Positions 19,685-28,400 of a stretch of DNA of 64,000 nt are shown piece after piece. Position numbers and translations under genes: made by a program. Source of the DNA: an uncultured cyanobacterium (GTDB lineage Bacteria > Cyanobacteriota > Cyanobacteriia > Phormidesmidales > Phormidesmidaceae); contig CAWBZI010000007.1 of assembly GCA_963793265.1 (NCBI GenBank), forward strand, positions 96,001 to 160,000, in the 5' to 3' direction. The first letter of the stretch is position 1. The number at the start of each line of letters is the position of its first letter. The notes below the pieces were generated by a model. It was not told where the DNA came from. It saw nothing but the letters and a program-made list of their open reading frames with translations, and searched no databases.

Positions 19685-21889
19685 CTAAGCCGTCACAACC
19701 TCAGACTCAACGCTTTCTTCGGCACTCTCTTCTTCAGCAACAATCGGGTCAGAAGCCACAAACTGATCTTCCTCAATAGGAACAGGCGACGGCGACGCGC
19801 TATGCGCTGAACCTATCAGTTTGTCACGGTCTGAAAGCGGCGAACTTGGTGCTTGCCCATTCCCATTTTCGCTGACGAGCCTATCTTTAGACGGCACATA
19901 GCGCATCATATAGGCTTCGACAGTCAGCGGATTCTCTCTTTGTTTCGCAAAGGCCGCTGGCCCCTGCGGATGTCTGGCACTAAGCCCGCGCGGCGTTATA
20001 TAGCGTTCGTAGGGAACCGTATCTTCCCCAAAGGCTTTCGCATATTCATCGCTATCAATAATGGCATCGATTAGGGCGTAGAAACCTTGACGACCACAGA
20101 TATCGTAGTATTTGTTGGTTTCTCTGCGGTCGTAAGTTGGTCTGCCGAGCAGCCGCCTGTGAATGACTTCAGCGGCTTTGGTTACATACAGATTTTCCCA
20201 GTAAGCCCGACGGAAAGCTTTTGTTTTTGCGAGCTTTCGGACAAACTCACGCATCGTAATACGGCCCCCTCTAAACTCGGTTTCGGCCACTAAGTCTCGC
20301 TGACTTGCCGAGATATCGCGGCCAAATACCTGACGGTAAGTCGCTAAGATAACGGCCTCAGTAGAATGGTGAGCGATGTGCCTGTGATGGCTACTGATTA
20401 AAATGCGACGGCTGTCTTCACTGAAGTGAGCAGGCTGAGCGTTTGGATGACGATTTTCCTGCGGGAAGATTGCGCCAAACTGAATCTCTAATGGGTCATT
20501 ACCGACACCGTAGGCGTGCTGGTTGGGTAAAGGCTGCTGATAGCCTGCAAAGGTGGTTACAAACTGTGGCACTTTGCGAACGGGCGCGCTGTATTTGAAC
20601 AGATCTAGCTGCGGCCCCCAGTTACGACACGCTTGAGCCTCTAAACCGATTCCTCTAAGGAAGGGAACGGTTTCTTCTCCAAAATAATCAGCGTATTCTT
20701 GAGAATCAACAAAGGCATCTACAACAGCCGGAAAACCCTTGTCTGCTATCAGTTCAAAGTACTTTTGGAATTCTTCCATACAGCTTAGGCCGCGCCCGAG
20801 AAAGTGGCGACAGGCTAGCTCGATAGATCGGCTAATGGTGTAGGGCTCGTAGTATAGCTGCCGGTAAAGCCGCGATTTCCCAAGCTGACGAACGAATGTT
20901 TTCATTGAACCTTGTTCGCTTTTTACCTGCGAGATTGGCTCGGCTAATACCCTATTGCCTACGTGAGACACATCTCGCTCAAGCACCTGTCGATAGGCTG
21001 CTTTTATCACTTCATCTTTTTCAATGTCGGGCAGCTCGTGCCGCATAATCCACCGCGGCTGAAGGCGACCGCTTTCTTCGTAGCTATCGGGGAGATACAG
21101 CCCTTGATGATGCTTGGAAACGCCTGGGCGCAAGCGATCCGAGGGCTTTTCAACGGTGTAGTCAGCAATCAGCACATCGAAGTATCGCTTTACCAAAGAA
21201 GCTGCTGCTGATTCAGGCCGGAAAAAAGAAAGAGACTTCCACTGCATTTCTCGTAAAGCAACAGCTGTAGCAACCGTGACGTTCTCGGGAATAACGCCTC
21301 GAAGCCCTTTTGTATTAATGGTGATAATGCTAGTGTCACCAGCGACAATTGCATAGGTGATATATCGCAAAAACCAGCCTAAGTCTCTCATAGAGCGCTT
21401 CATTCGCACCGCACCGTAGTCAGAGATGCTAATGGCCTGAAAGTTGCTCGGAAGGCTAGGCTTGCCACTAAAGAACAGCCCTTTAACCCAATCAAGCGGA
21501 CTCTCAAAGGTATTTACTTTCGTATGGTCGTCTGTTCCACCGTGCTCTTTACGAACCCTATCTGCCGCAGAGAGGTAGTCTTCGGCTATGTAGTATCCTG
21601 ACCCTGGCAGTCCTAGCGGGTCTTCTGGCTTTTCAAAGTAATCCATTGGATTGCCGCCGACAAAAATGCGCTTGCCGCCAGCAGCTACGATGGTATCGGC
21701 ATGCTCACTCAGGGTTTGGGCAATCGACAGGCGGGCTCTGCCTGAAGATAAAAAAGCCGAGAGTTCTTTTATTTCATTTTGGGTGAGGTAGCGATCGCGC
21801 TGTTGCGCACTATCAATTACAGTGGTCGGCACCGTACGATACTGTTGCGGGCATACCACCGGGCTGCCCCCATTAATCCGATCAGCCAT
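19685..21889 (-). CDS. apcE2: Far-red phycobilisome core-membrane linker (two REP domains)
   Basis: MKRSMRDLGWFLRY; GVIPENVT replaces the ENACS chromophore Cys; two linker REP domains. Confidence 0.95.
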   Translation of the reverse strand: MADRINGGSPVVCPQQYRTVPTTVIDSAQQRDRYLTQNEIKELSAFLSSGRARLSIAQTLSEHADTIVAAGGKRIFVGGNPMDYFEKPEDPLGLPGSGYYIAEDYLSAADRVRKEHGGTDDHTKVNTFESPLDWVKGLFFSGKPSLPSNFQAISISDYGAVRMKRSMRDLGWFLRYITYAIVAGDTSIITINTKGLRGVIPENVTVATAVALREMQWKSLSFFRPESAAASLVKRYFDVLIADYTVEKPSDRLRPGVSKHHQGLYLPDSYEESGRLQPRWIMRHELPDIEKDEVIKAAYRQVLERDVSHVGNRVLAEPISQVKSEQGSMKTFVRQLGKSRLYRQLYYEPYTISRSIELACRHFLGRGLSCMEEFQKYFELIADKGFPAVVDAFVDSQEYADYFGEETVPFLRGIGLEAQACRNWGPQLDLFKYSAPVRKVPQFVTTFAGYQQPLPNQHAYGVGNDPLEIQFGAIFPQENRHPNAQPAHFSEDSRRILISSHHRHIAHHSTEAVILATYRQVFGRDISASQRDLVAETEFRGGRITMREFVRKLAKTKAFRRAYWENLYVTKAAEVIHRRLLGRPTYDRRETNKYYDICGRQGFYALIDAIIDSDEYAKAFGEDTVPYERYITPRGLSARHPQGPAAFAKQRENPLTVEAYMMRYVPSKDRLVSENGNGQAPSSPLSDRDKLIGSAHSASPSPVPIEEDQFVASDPIVAEEESAEESVESEVVTA

Positions 21890-21951
21890 AGCGGCCTCCA
21901 AACAAATTCAACACATTATTTTCAGCAATCAGCTTTAGACTCGTCAGCCGC

Positions 21952-22431
21952 TCAGGGCATTAAGCCTGCAATGAGATAGTCAAAGTACGGGCCGACTTCA
22001 GCGACATCTTCTAAGCTCAACATTTCTAGCGTCACCTCTTTAAGCGCGCGCATACAGTCTGCTAGGTTCCTGAGCGGAACGCCGAGAGACTGATACATTT
22101 CTTTTGCGCCTCTGACGCCGCTATCTTCAAGCGGATCTACGTCGCCTGCGGCTACCGCATAAGAAATCAGCCTAATAAACCACGCCTGGTCGCGCAGACA
22201 CGAAGCCTGGAATCGCTCGTTTTCAGCATTGCTAGGGGTAATGGGGCATCGCTGCCAAAACCTTTGGCTTCCCTTTTGAACAATCTCTTCTACATTACTG
22301 TTGAGAATTGAGACAATTCTCAATCGCTGCGATCCGTTATGGAAAAATCTCTCAACGGCGTCAAGTTCGCCTTTAGACAAGTAGCGAACTTCGCGGTCGG
22401 CGGTTGCGATCGCCTGAGTAATCACGCTCAT
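21952..22431 (-). CDS. apcD2: Far-red allophycocyanin alpha-type subunit
   Basis: MSVITQAIATADREVRYLS, FWQRCP, ASCLRDQAWF; between apcB2 and apcE2. Confidence 0.88.
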   Translation of the reverse strand: MSVITQAIATADREVRYLSKGELDAVERFFHNGSQRLRIVSILNSNVEEIVQKGSQRFWQRCPITPSNAENERFQASCLRDQAWFIRLISYAVAAGDVDPLEDSGVRGAKEMYQSLGVPLRNLADCMRALKEVTLEMLSLEDVAEVGPYFDYLIAGLMP

Positions 22432-22488
22432 AATAAACAGCCCTAACACAGCATAGACATTAACAAAGGCGATGCAATACTTCTACTA

Positions 22489-22974
22489 CTAGCTCAGCCC
22501 AGAGCCAATGTGATCAAAGTAAGCGCCCACTTCTCGACCGGCTTCAGCGCCTATCATATCGGTGACTACTTCTTTCATGGCCTGCACCGAACGCACAGTT
22601 GCGCCTACGGGTACGCCCAAAGAGTTGTAAGTCTCTTTCAGACCGTTCAGTACACGCTCATCTAGAATTGACGGATCGCCTGCTAGCATGGCATAGGTCG
22701 CGTAGCGTAGAAAGAAATCCATATCCCGAACGCAGGCAGCGTAACGACGACAGGTGTACATGTTGCCACCAGGCGCGGTGATATCGGTGTATAGCAATGA
22801 TTTTGCGACTGTTTTAGTCACAATCACAGAGGCATTAGCGCTGATTGTCATAGCGGCTCTTGCTCTTAAGTCGCCGCTGCGAAAGTATTGCTGCAGCGTG
22901 TCTAAAGATGAGTCATCTAAATACTTGCCTTGAGCGTCAGAAGCGTTAATGAGCGTGGTGATAGCGTCTTGCAT
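22489..22974 (-). CDS. apcB2: Far-red allophycocyanin beta subunit
   Basis: [27 protein letters not shown]. Confidence 0.93.
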   Translation of the reverse strand: MQDAITTLINASDAQGKYLDDSSLDTLQQYFRSGDLRARAAMTISANASVIVTKTVAKSLLYTDITAPGGNMYTCRRYAACVRDMDFFLRYATYAMLAGDPSILDERVLNGLKETYNSLGVPVGATVRSVQAMKEVVTDMIGAEAGREVGAYFDHIGSGLS

Positions 22975-23028
22975 GGGCGTTCTCCTACAGGGGGTAATCA
23001 AAATAGGTAGTTGCTGAAAGAAAGGCTT

Positions 23029-23505
23029 TTAGGACAGAGATTGGATGATCAGATCGAAGTAGGCAGAGACTTCTTGAGCATCTTCATCGCTCAGCACTGC
23101 CATGGCTTCTTCTTTTAAACAGCGCATACACTCGGCAATATTCCGAATAGGAATCTCTAAGTTGTTGTACATCTCTTTGATGCCTACTGTACCAATATCT
23201 TCTAGCGGGCGTTCGCTGCCTGCTAAAACAGCGTATGCAATCAAACGCACGTACCAGCCCTGATCGCGCTGGCAGGAAGCGGTTTTACGGTCATTGCCGC
23301 TATTGCTAGGCGTGTTGGGGCATCGCTCCCAAAACTTTTGGCTACCGCGCTCAACAATCTGCTGTTCGTTTTCAGCGAGGGCCTTAGCAATGCGTACCCG
23401 CTGTTCTCCTGTTTTCACGAAGTCTTGAAAAATGCGGAGTTCTTTAGGGGCAGGATAACGAGCTTCACTGTCTGCGCTCAAGATGAGTTCTGTAACTAGG
23501 CTCAT
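23029..23505 (-). CDS. apcD5: Far-red allophycocyanin alpha-type subunit (ApcD5, also called ApcA2)
   Basis: MSLVTELILSADSEARYP, FWERCPNTPSN, ASCQRDQGWY; first gene of the apc run. Confidence 0.85.
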   Translation of the reverse strand: MSLVTELILSADSEARYPAPKELRIFQDFVKTGEQRVRIAKALAENEQQIVERGSQKFWERCPNTPSNSGNDRKTASCQRDQGWYVRLIAYAVLAGSERPLEDIGTVGIKEMYNNLEIPIRNIAECMRCLKEEAMAVLSDEDAQEVSAYFDLIIQSLS

Positions 23506-23536
23506 AACAACGTGTCCTTTTATGGAAGTGGCTATT

Positions 23537-23569
23537 ACCCTAAACAACAAACATGAAGAACCTATGAAA
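23537..23569 (-). promoter_or_regulatory. TTTCAT-AGGTT-CTTCAT-N10-TAGGGT promoter motif for the apcD5 operon (candidate RfpB box plus -10)
   Basis: Mirror copy of the motif at 23635-23651. Confidence 0.7.
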
Positions 23570-23634
23570 AGAAAAAGATATCTTCCAAGCTCTGTTGACT
23601 TAAGTTAAACCAAGGAAAAGCTGTACGCTTTCCT

Positions 23635-23667
23635 CTTCATAGGTTTTTCATGTTTTCACGCTATATC
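23635..23667 (+). promoter_or_regulatory. CTTCAT-AGGTT-TTTCAT-N10-TATATC promoter motif for psbO2 (candidate RfpB box)
   Basis: TTCATAGGTTYTTCATGTTT is present on both strands of this divergent spacer with one mismatch in 20 nt. Confidence 0.7.
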
Positions 23668-23717
23668 TGTTAGGTGAGCCACTGAGCTAAACCTTTAAAA
23701 CTCACCTAACAAAGCCT

Positions 23718-24578
23718 ATGTTTTTAACTAAAAAGATACCGTACAAAGCGATCGCCGTATCATTCTTAGCCCTTTGCTTAGGACTGCTAACGGCCTGTAG
23801 CAATAGCCCAACGATAGGCAGTGGCTCACTTAGCTATGACGATATTAAGGGTAGCGGACTAGCGAATAACTGCCCTCAGCTTACAGGCACCAATATGGAT
23901 TCGATAGCTGTAGAAGGAGAGCAGCCTTACCAGCTCAAAGCGCTTTGCATACATCCTGAAACGTTCTTAGTGAAGCGGGAGAGTCCGTTAACCCGCCAGG
24001 GAAAACGTCAGGAAGGTAAGTTTGTAGAAAGTAAGCTGTTGACCCGCGAGAGTTCTACGCTCGATCAGGTTAGTGGTGTGCTGCAAAGTGCTCCCGACGG
24101 CAGCTTGACTTTTATCGAGCGAGGCGGATTTGACTTTCAGCCGATTACCGTTCAGCTACCGGATGGTGAACGTGTGCCTGTTTTGTTTACGGTGAAGGGA
24201 CTGGTGGCGAATACTCAAGCAGCGATCACAGCACTTACTCCATCTACCCGGCTATCAGGAAGCTTTGACGTACCGCCCTATCGAACCTCTAGCTTTATCG
24301 ATCCAAAGGGTCGTGGGCTTGCGGTGGGTTACGATGCGGCAGTTGGCATTCCTATTCAGGCGGATAGAGACAAGTTTTCTAAGCAAAACAACAAGTCTTT
24401 TGACATGGCGAAAGGACGTATTGTGCTGCAAATAGAAAAAGTGAATCAGAGAACCGGAGAACTTTCGGGTCAGTTCGAGAGTCAGCAGCCTTCGGATACT
24501 GATTTTGGCACGAAAGAAGCCATGACCGTCAAGATTCAAGGGACATTTTACGGACGTGTTGAGCCAGAGATTGCGTAG
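23718..24578 (+). CDS. psbO2: Photosystem II Mn-stabilising protein paralog
   Basis: LSYDDIKGSGLANNCP, DFQPITVQLPDGERVP, FIDPKGRG, QPSDTDFG. Confidence 0.9.
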   Translation: MFLTKKIPYKAIAVSFLALCLGLLTACSNSPTIGSGSLSYDDIKGSGLANNCPQLTGTNMDSIAVEGEQPYQLKALCIHPETFLVKRESPLTRQGKRQEGKFVESKLLTRESSTLDQVSGVLQSAPDGSLTFIERGGFDFQPITVQLPDGERVPVLFTVKGLVANTQAAITALTPSTRLSGSFDVPPYRTSSFIDPKGRGLAVGYDAAVGIPIQADRDKFSKQNNKSFDMAKGRIVLQIEKVNQRTGELSGQFESQQPSDTDFGTKEAMTVKIQGTFYGRVEPEIA

Positions 24579-24605
24579 TTTATATTCATTGAGGGACGTT
24601 TTACC

Positions 24606-24836
24606 ATGATTGGGAAACTAAGCCTAGAACAAGAACTTGAGCTGAAGATTTTGAGCGATCAAGCCCAGCGGCTGTCTCTTGATCAGGCTCAAAGGTATAT
24701 CGTTGAAGTAATGCGGCAAATGATGGTTAGAGACAATCTATTAAGCCATCTATTAACAGAAACCGGGCTTCCTCAAGAACAGTATACGCAGTCTATTATT
24801 TTTCAGGGAAAGTCTTCCTGGTACGAAGGAACTTAA
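24606..24836 (+). CDS. nblA: Phycobilisome degradation adaptor NblA-family protein
   Basis: LSLEQE...LSLDQAQ...QMMVRDNL matches the NblA pattern. Confidence 0.8.
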   Translation: MIGKLSLEQELELKILSDQAQRLSLDQAQRYIVEVMRQMMVRDNLLSHLLTETGLPQEQYTQSIIFQGKSSWYEGT

Positions 24837-24890
24837 GCAGTTTAAGTTAGATAGCCACAGAGAAGAAAAAACGTAGAGGGGACAATAGCA

Positions 24891-25406
24891 ATGATTCGTG
24901 TTCTTAAAAAGATTCTGGCTAGTGCCGCCGCTTTGTATGCGATTGTAACGGCTTTGATGATAGCGTTTGCCTGGACGAGTAGTGCGATCGCACTTGAAAT
25001 CGACGCCCCCCTTCGCACGGTACCGCTCAATGATACGGGTGAACAAACGACGCTGACCATTGAGCAGATTATGCTCGGACAGCAAAAGTTTAATAGTAGC
25101 TGCGCTCAGTGCCATATAGACGGCAGCACAAAGCCTAATCCCGATGTAGATTTGAGCACTCAAACGCTTGCGCTCGCCACACCTTCGCGCGACAGCGTTA
25201 GCAGCCTGCTGGACTATCTCGATCATCCCACTACTTATGACGGGCTGCGATCGCTAGCCGATCTGCACCCGTCTACGCTGAATCTCGATCTTTTTCCTAG
25301 AATGCAGGGTTTGTCTAGGAGTGATTTGGAGGCGATCGCAGGCTACATTTTAGCGGAGCCTAATATTGTTGGAGAGCGGTGGGGCGGCGGTAAACCCAAG
25401 CGGTAA
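24891..25406 (+). CDS. psbV2: Cytochrome c550 paralog
   Basis: Signal peptide, RTVPLN, CAQCH, PTTYDG, LHPS, WGGGK. Confidence 0.88.
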   Translation: MIRVLKKILASAAALYAIVTALMIAFAWTSSAIALEIDAPLRTVPLNDTGEQTTLTIEQIMLGQQKFNSSCAQCHIDGSTKPNPDVDLSTQTLALATPSRDSVSSLLDYLDHPTTYDGLRSLADLHPSTLNLDLFPRMQGLSRSDLEAIAGYILAEPNIVGERWGGGKPKR

Positions 25407-25418
25407 ATGTTATGTACG

Positions 25419-28400
25419 CTATTCTCCTAACCGCGTTAGTTCTTCTAAAAGTAGAGCTTCGGCTTCGGCATCTGAAAGATTGTCTATGTCTTGAGTTTGT
25501 TCAGTAGAGTCTATGAAGAAGTCAGCCGCTTCAAGAGATGAGATCGGAGGCGCAATGAGCGCTACGAGATAGTCTTTGAGAAGCGATGGCGTTGGGTAGT
25601 CGTAGATGAGGGTGACAGGTAGAGGGCTCTGAAGGTTGGTTTGTAGGCGGTTGCGCAGCTCTACGGCGGTGAGCGAGTCTAGGCCGAGTTCGGTAAAGCT
25701 GCTGCTGAAGTCGGATAGCGGAACAAGATCTGTCCCTAACACTATGGCAATTTGTTGCTGTAGGTGATGCGATATTAGAGCCTGTCGCTCTGGCTGGGTG
25801 GCCTGCTCGATTTTAGTTCTGAAAGCGGTGGGTGCAGCGGATGTTTTCGCAACACTCATTTGTGCTGTGTTGTCGGCAAAGAGCGTGTTACTGTTTGCTA
25901 TGCTTGTCCAGTTTTTGATATCTCCTGGTAGAATGCCGATTTGAGGCGCTTCAGCAGCGTTAATCATGATCTGGCTCAAGAGAGACAGTCCGATTTCAGG
26001 CTCAATTAAAGGAATGTTTGCTTTGTCCAAACGCTGTTTTACGGCTGGATTGTTGGCTAAGTCTGTGCCTGCCCAAGCCGCCCAGTTAATGCTCAGCGCA
26101 GGAAGCTCTAGCTGATGGCGTAGGGTAGCTACGGCGTCTAAAAAGCTGTTAGCGGCGGCGTAGTTTGCCTGTCCAGCCGATCCGAGAAGAGAGGCGGCCG
26201 AGGAGAACATAACGAAGTGATCGAGTGGTAGGCTTCGGGTGAGCTGGTGTAGGTGCCAGGTGCCAGTGACTTTAGCTGACATGGCACGCTCGAAGTGAGG
26301 CCAGGTTTGTTGTGATAGAGCGCTGTCGTCGGTTTGGCCTGCTAGGTGGAAGATTCCTTTGAGCGGATTTGTTGCAGAAAACTCAAGCATATGGGCGAGG
26401 GCTGCTGTTAGAATAGGTAAGTTGGAGAGGTCGGCCTGGATAGTTTGAATAGTGATACCAGACTCGGTGAGCTGTGCGATCGCCTCCTCAGCTTGGGCAG
26501 AAGGCTGTTGTCTTCCTAATAGCGTAATGTGGCGGGCACCTTGACTAGCTAACCATTGGGCGACCTGTAAACCGAGCGCGCCTAAGCCGCCTGTAATGAG
26601 GTAATTTGCGTCGGAGCGAATAATGGATTTTGACTCTATAGCAGGCGGCGTAACTACGACTTTGCCAATATGTTTGGCTTGTTGCATCGTGCGGAAGGCG
26701 TCTATGGCGCGCTCAGCGGTGAATAATTGTAGAGGTAGCGGGCGTAGTTCTGCCTGCTGTAGCTGAGCGACTACGCACTGTAGCATTGATTGAATGAGCT
26801 GCGGCTGGTTATGGGTAATGCTGACAAGATCGACAATGTGATAGCTTACGTCAGGGCGGCTGGCGGACATTTCTTCGGTTGACCAGATGTCTGTTTTGCC
26901 GATTTCTATGAACTGGCCGTTAGGGGCTAGGGTAGAGAGACTTTTAGCGATCGCCTCTCCCGAAAAAGAGTTCAATACAAAATTAACCCCTTCACCGTCT
27001 GTCTGCTGCATAATCTTGTCTGCAAAGTCAAGTGCACGAGAATTAAAGATATGCTTGATTCCTTGACTTTCAAGGAGATTCCATTTGGGCAGGGAGGCAG
27101 TGGCAAAGACTTCCGCGCCGATATGCTGAGCGATTTGGACTGCGGCTTGCCCAACACCGCCTGCGGCTGAGTGGATGAGGATGCGATTGCCTTTTTTAAG
27201 CTGTCCTAACTGACATAACGCGTAGTGAGCTGTGAGAAAAGCGGTGGGAATGGTGGCGGCTTCTGTTGCGCTGATGCCGGTTGGCTTTGGAATGACGAGC
27301 TGAGCAGATACAGTGGTGAACTGGCTGAAGCTGGCAGGGGCGATCGCAATGACAATATCTCCCACCTGCACGTTTTGCACCTCTGCACCTTTCGCCACAA
27401 CCTCACCAACACACTCAAGCCCTAAAGCGCCCGCATCACCGGGATATAGCCCTAGCGCGTTAAGCACATCTCTAAAGTTCAAACCAGTTGCCTGTACGCG
27501 CAGCTCTACCTCATGTGATTTGGGCGGCTGTCGCAGCACTTTGTTCCAGTGGAGCTGTTCTAATGTGCCGCGATCAGGAATTTGAAGCTGTAAGGCTGTG
27601 TCGGCTAACTGGCTATTCGCAGGTTTGCGAATGAGCGCCGCGCTGTATCGGACGTTTTGTCGGTATGCAACTTGAGAGCTGTTTACCTCAGCAGTCGAAA
27701 GTTTTATTTCAGCGAAGAGGTTCTGTAGCGGTTGGCGATCGCTATCTTCTAAACCCAAATCCACACAGGTGCAGTTTAAGTCTGGATGCTCCAAGGAGAT
27801 CGTTTTGCCTAATCCCCATAGTGGCGCTGTCGATACGTTGATGTGATCAGTAGGGAGAACAGACTGAGCTTGATTCGTGACTAACCACAGACGCGCAGGA
27901 TTTGTACGATTAATGAGAGCTTGGGCGAGATGAAGTGCGCTTTGGCAGCTTTGTTTGATCTGGCTGTTGATGGTTTCAATCGTTGAAGGGTTGCGATCGC
28001 TAGCAAGATAGATAACGTTATGAACTGTTTCAAAGGTCTGTGGATTATTTGAAATGTAGCTGTCGATTGATTGAGGGATGTCGATCAACAGCTTGTGGCA
28101 GGTTTGGTTTTGAGATGTTAGAAGGGTGGCGATCGCATCTATTTTTTCATTGTCATGCCCTGCTATTAGCCAAGTTGAGGGCGATAAGGGATGGTCATTC
28201 TCTACGGGTGTAGCTTTCCAAATAGGCTGATAGAGCCAATTCTGCCATGGCTTGAGAGATGTATTTGCCAAGCACTTTGCAGATATACCTGAGAGGTAGG
28301 CGATCGCCCGTCCGCTATCATCAACGATCTGAATATTGGCAGTGACGATATCGTTCTCGACTGGATGAAGTGTGATGTGGCTCCAAACAGTGCTGCCAGA

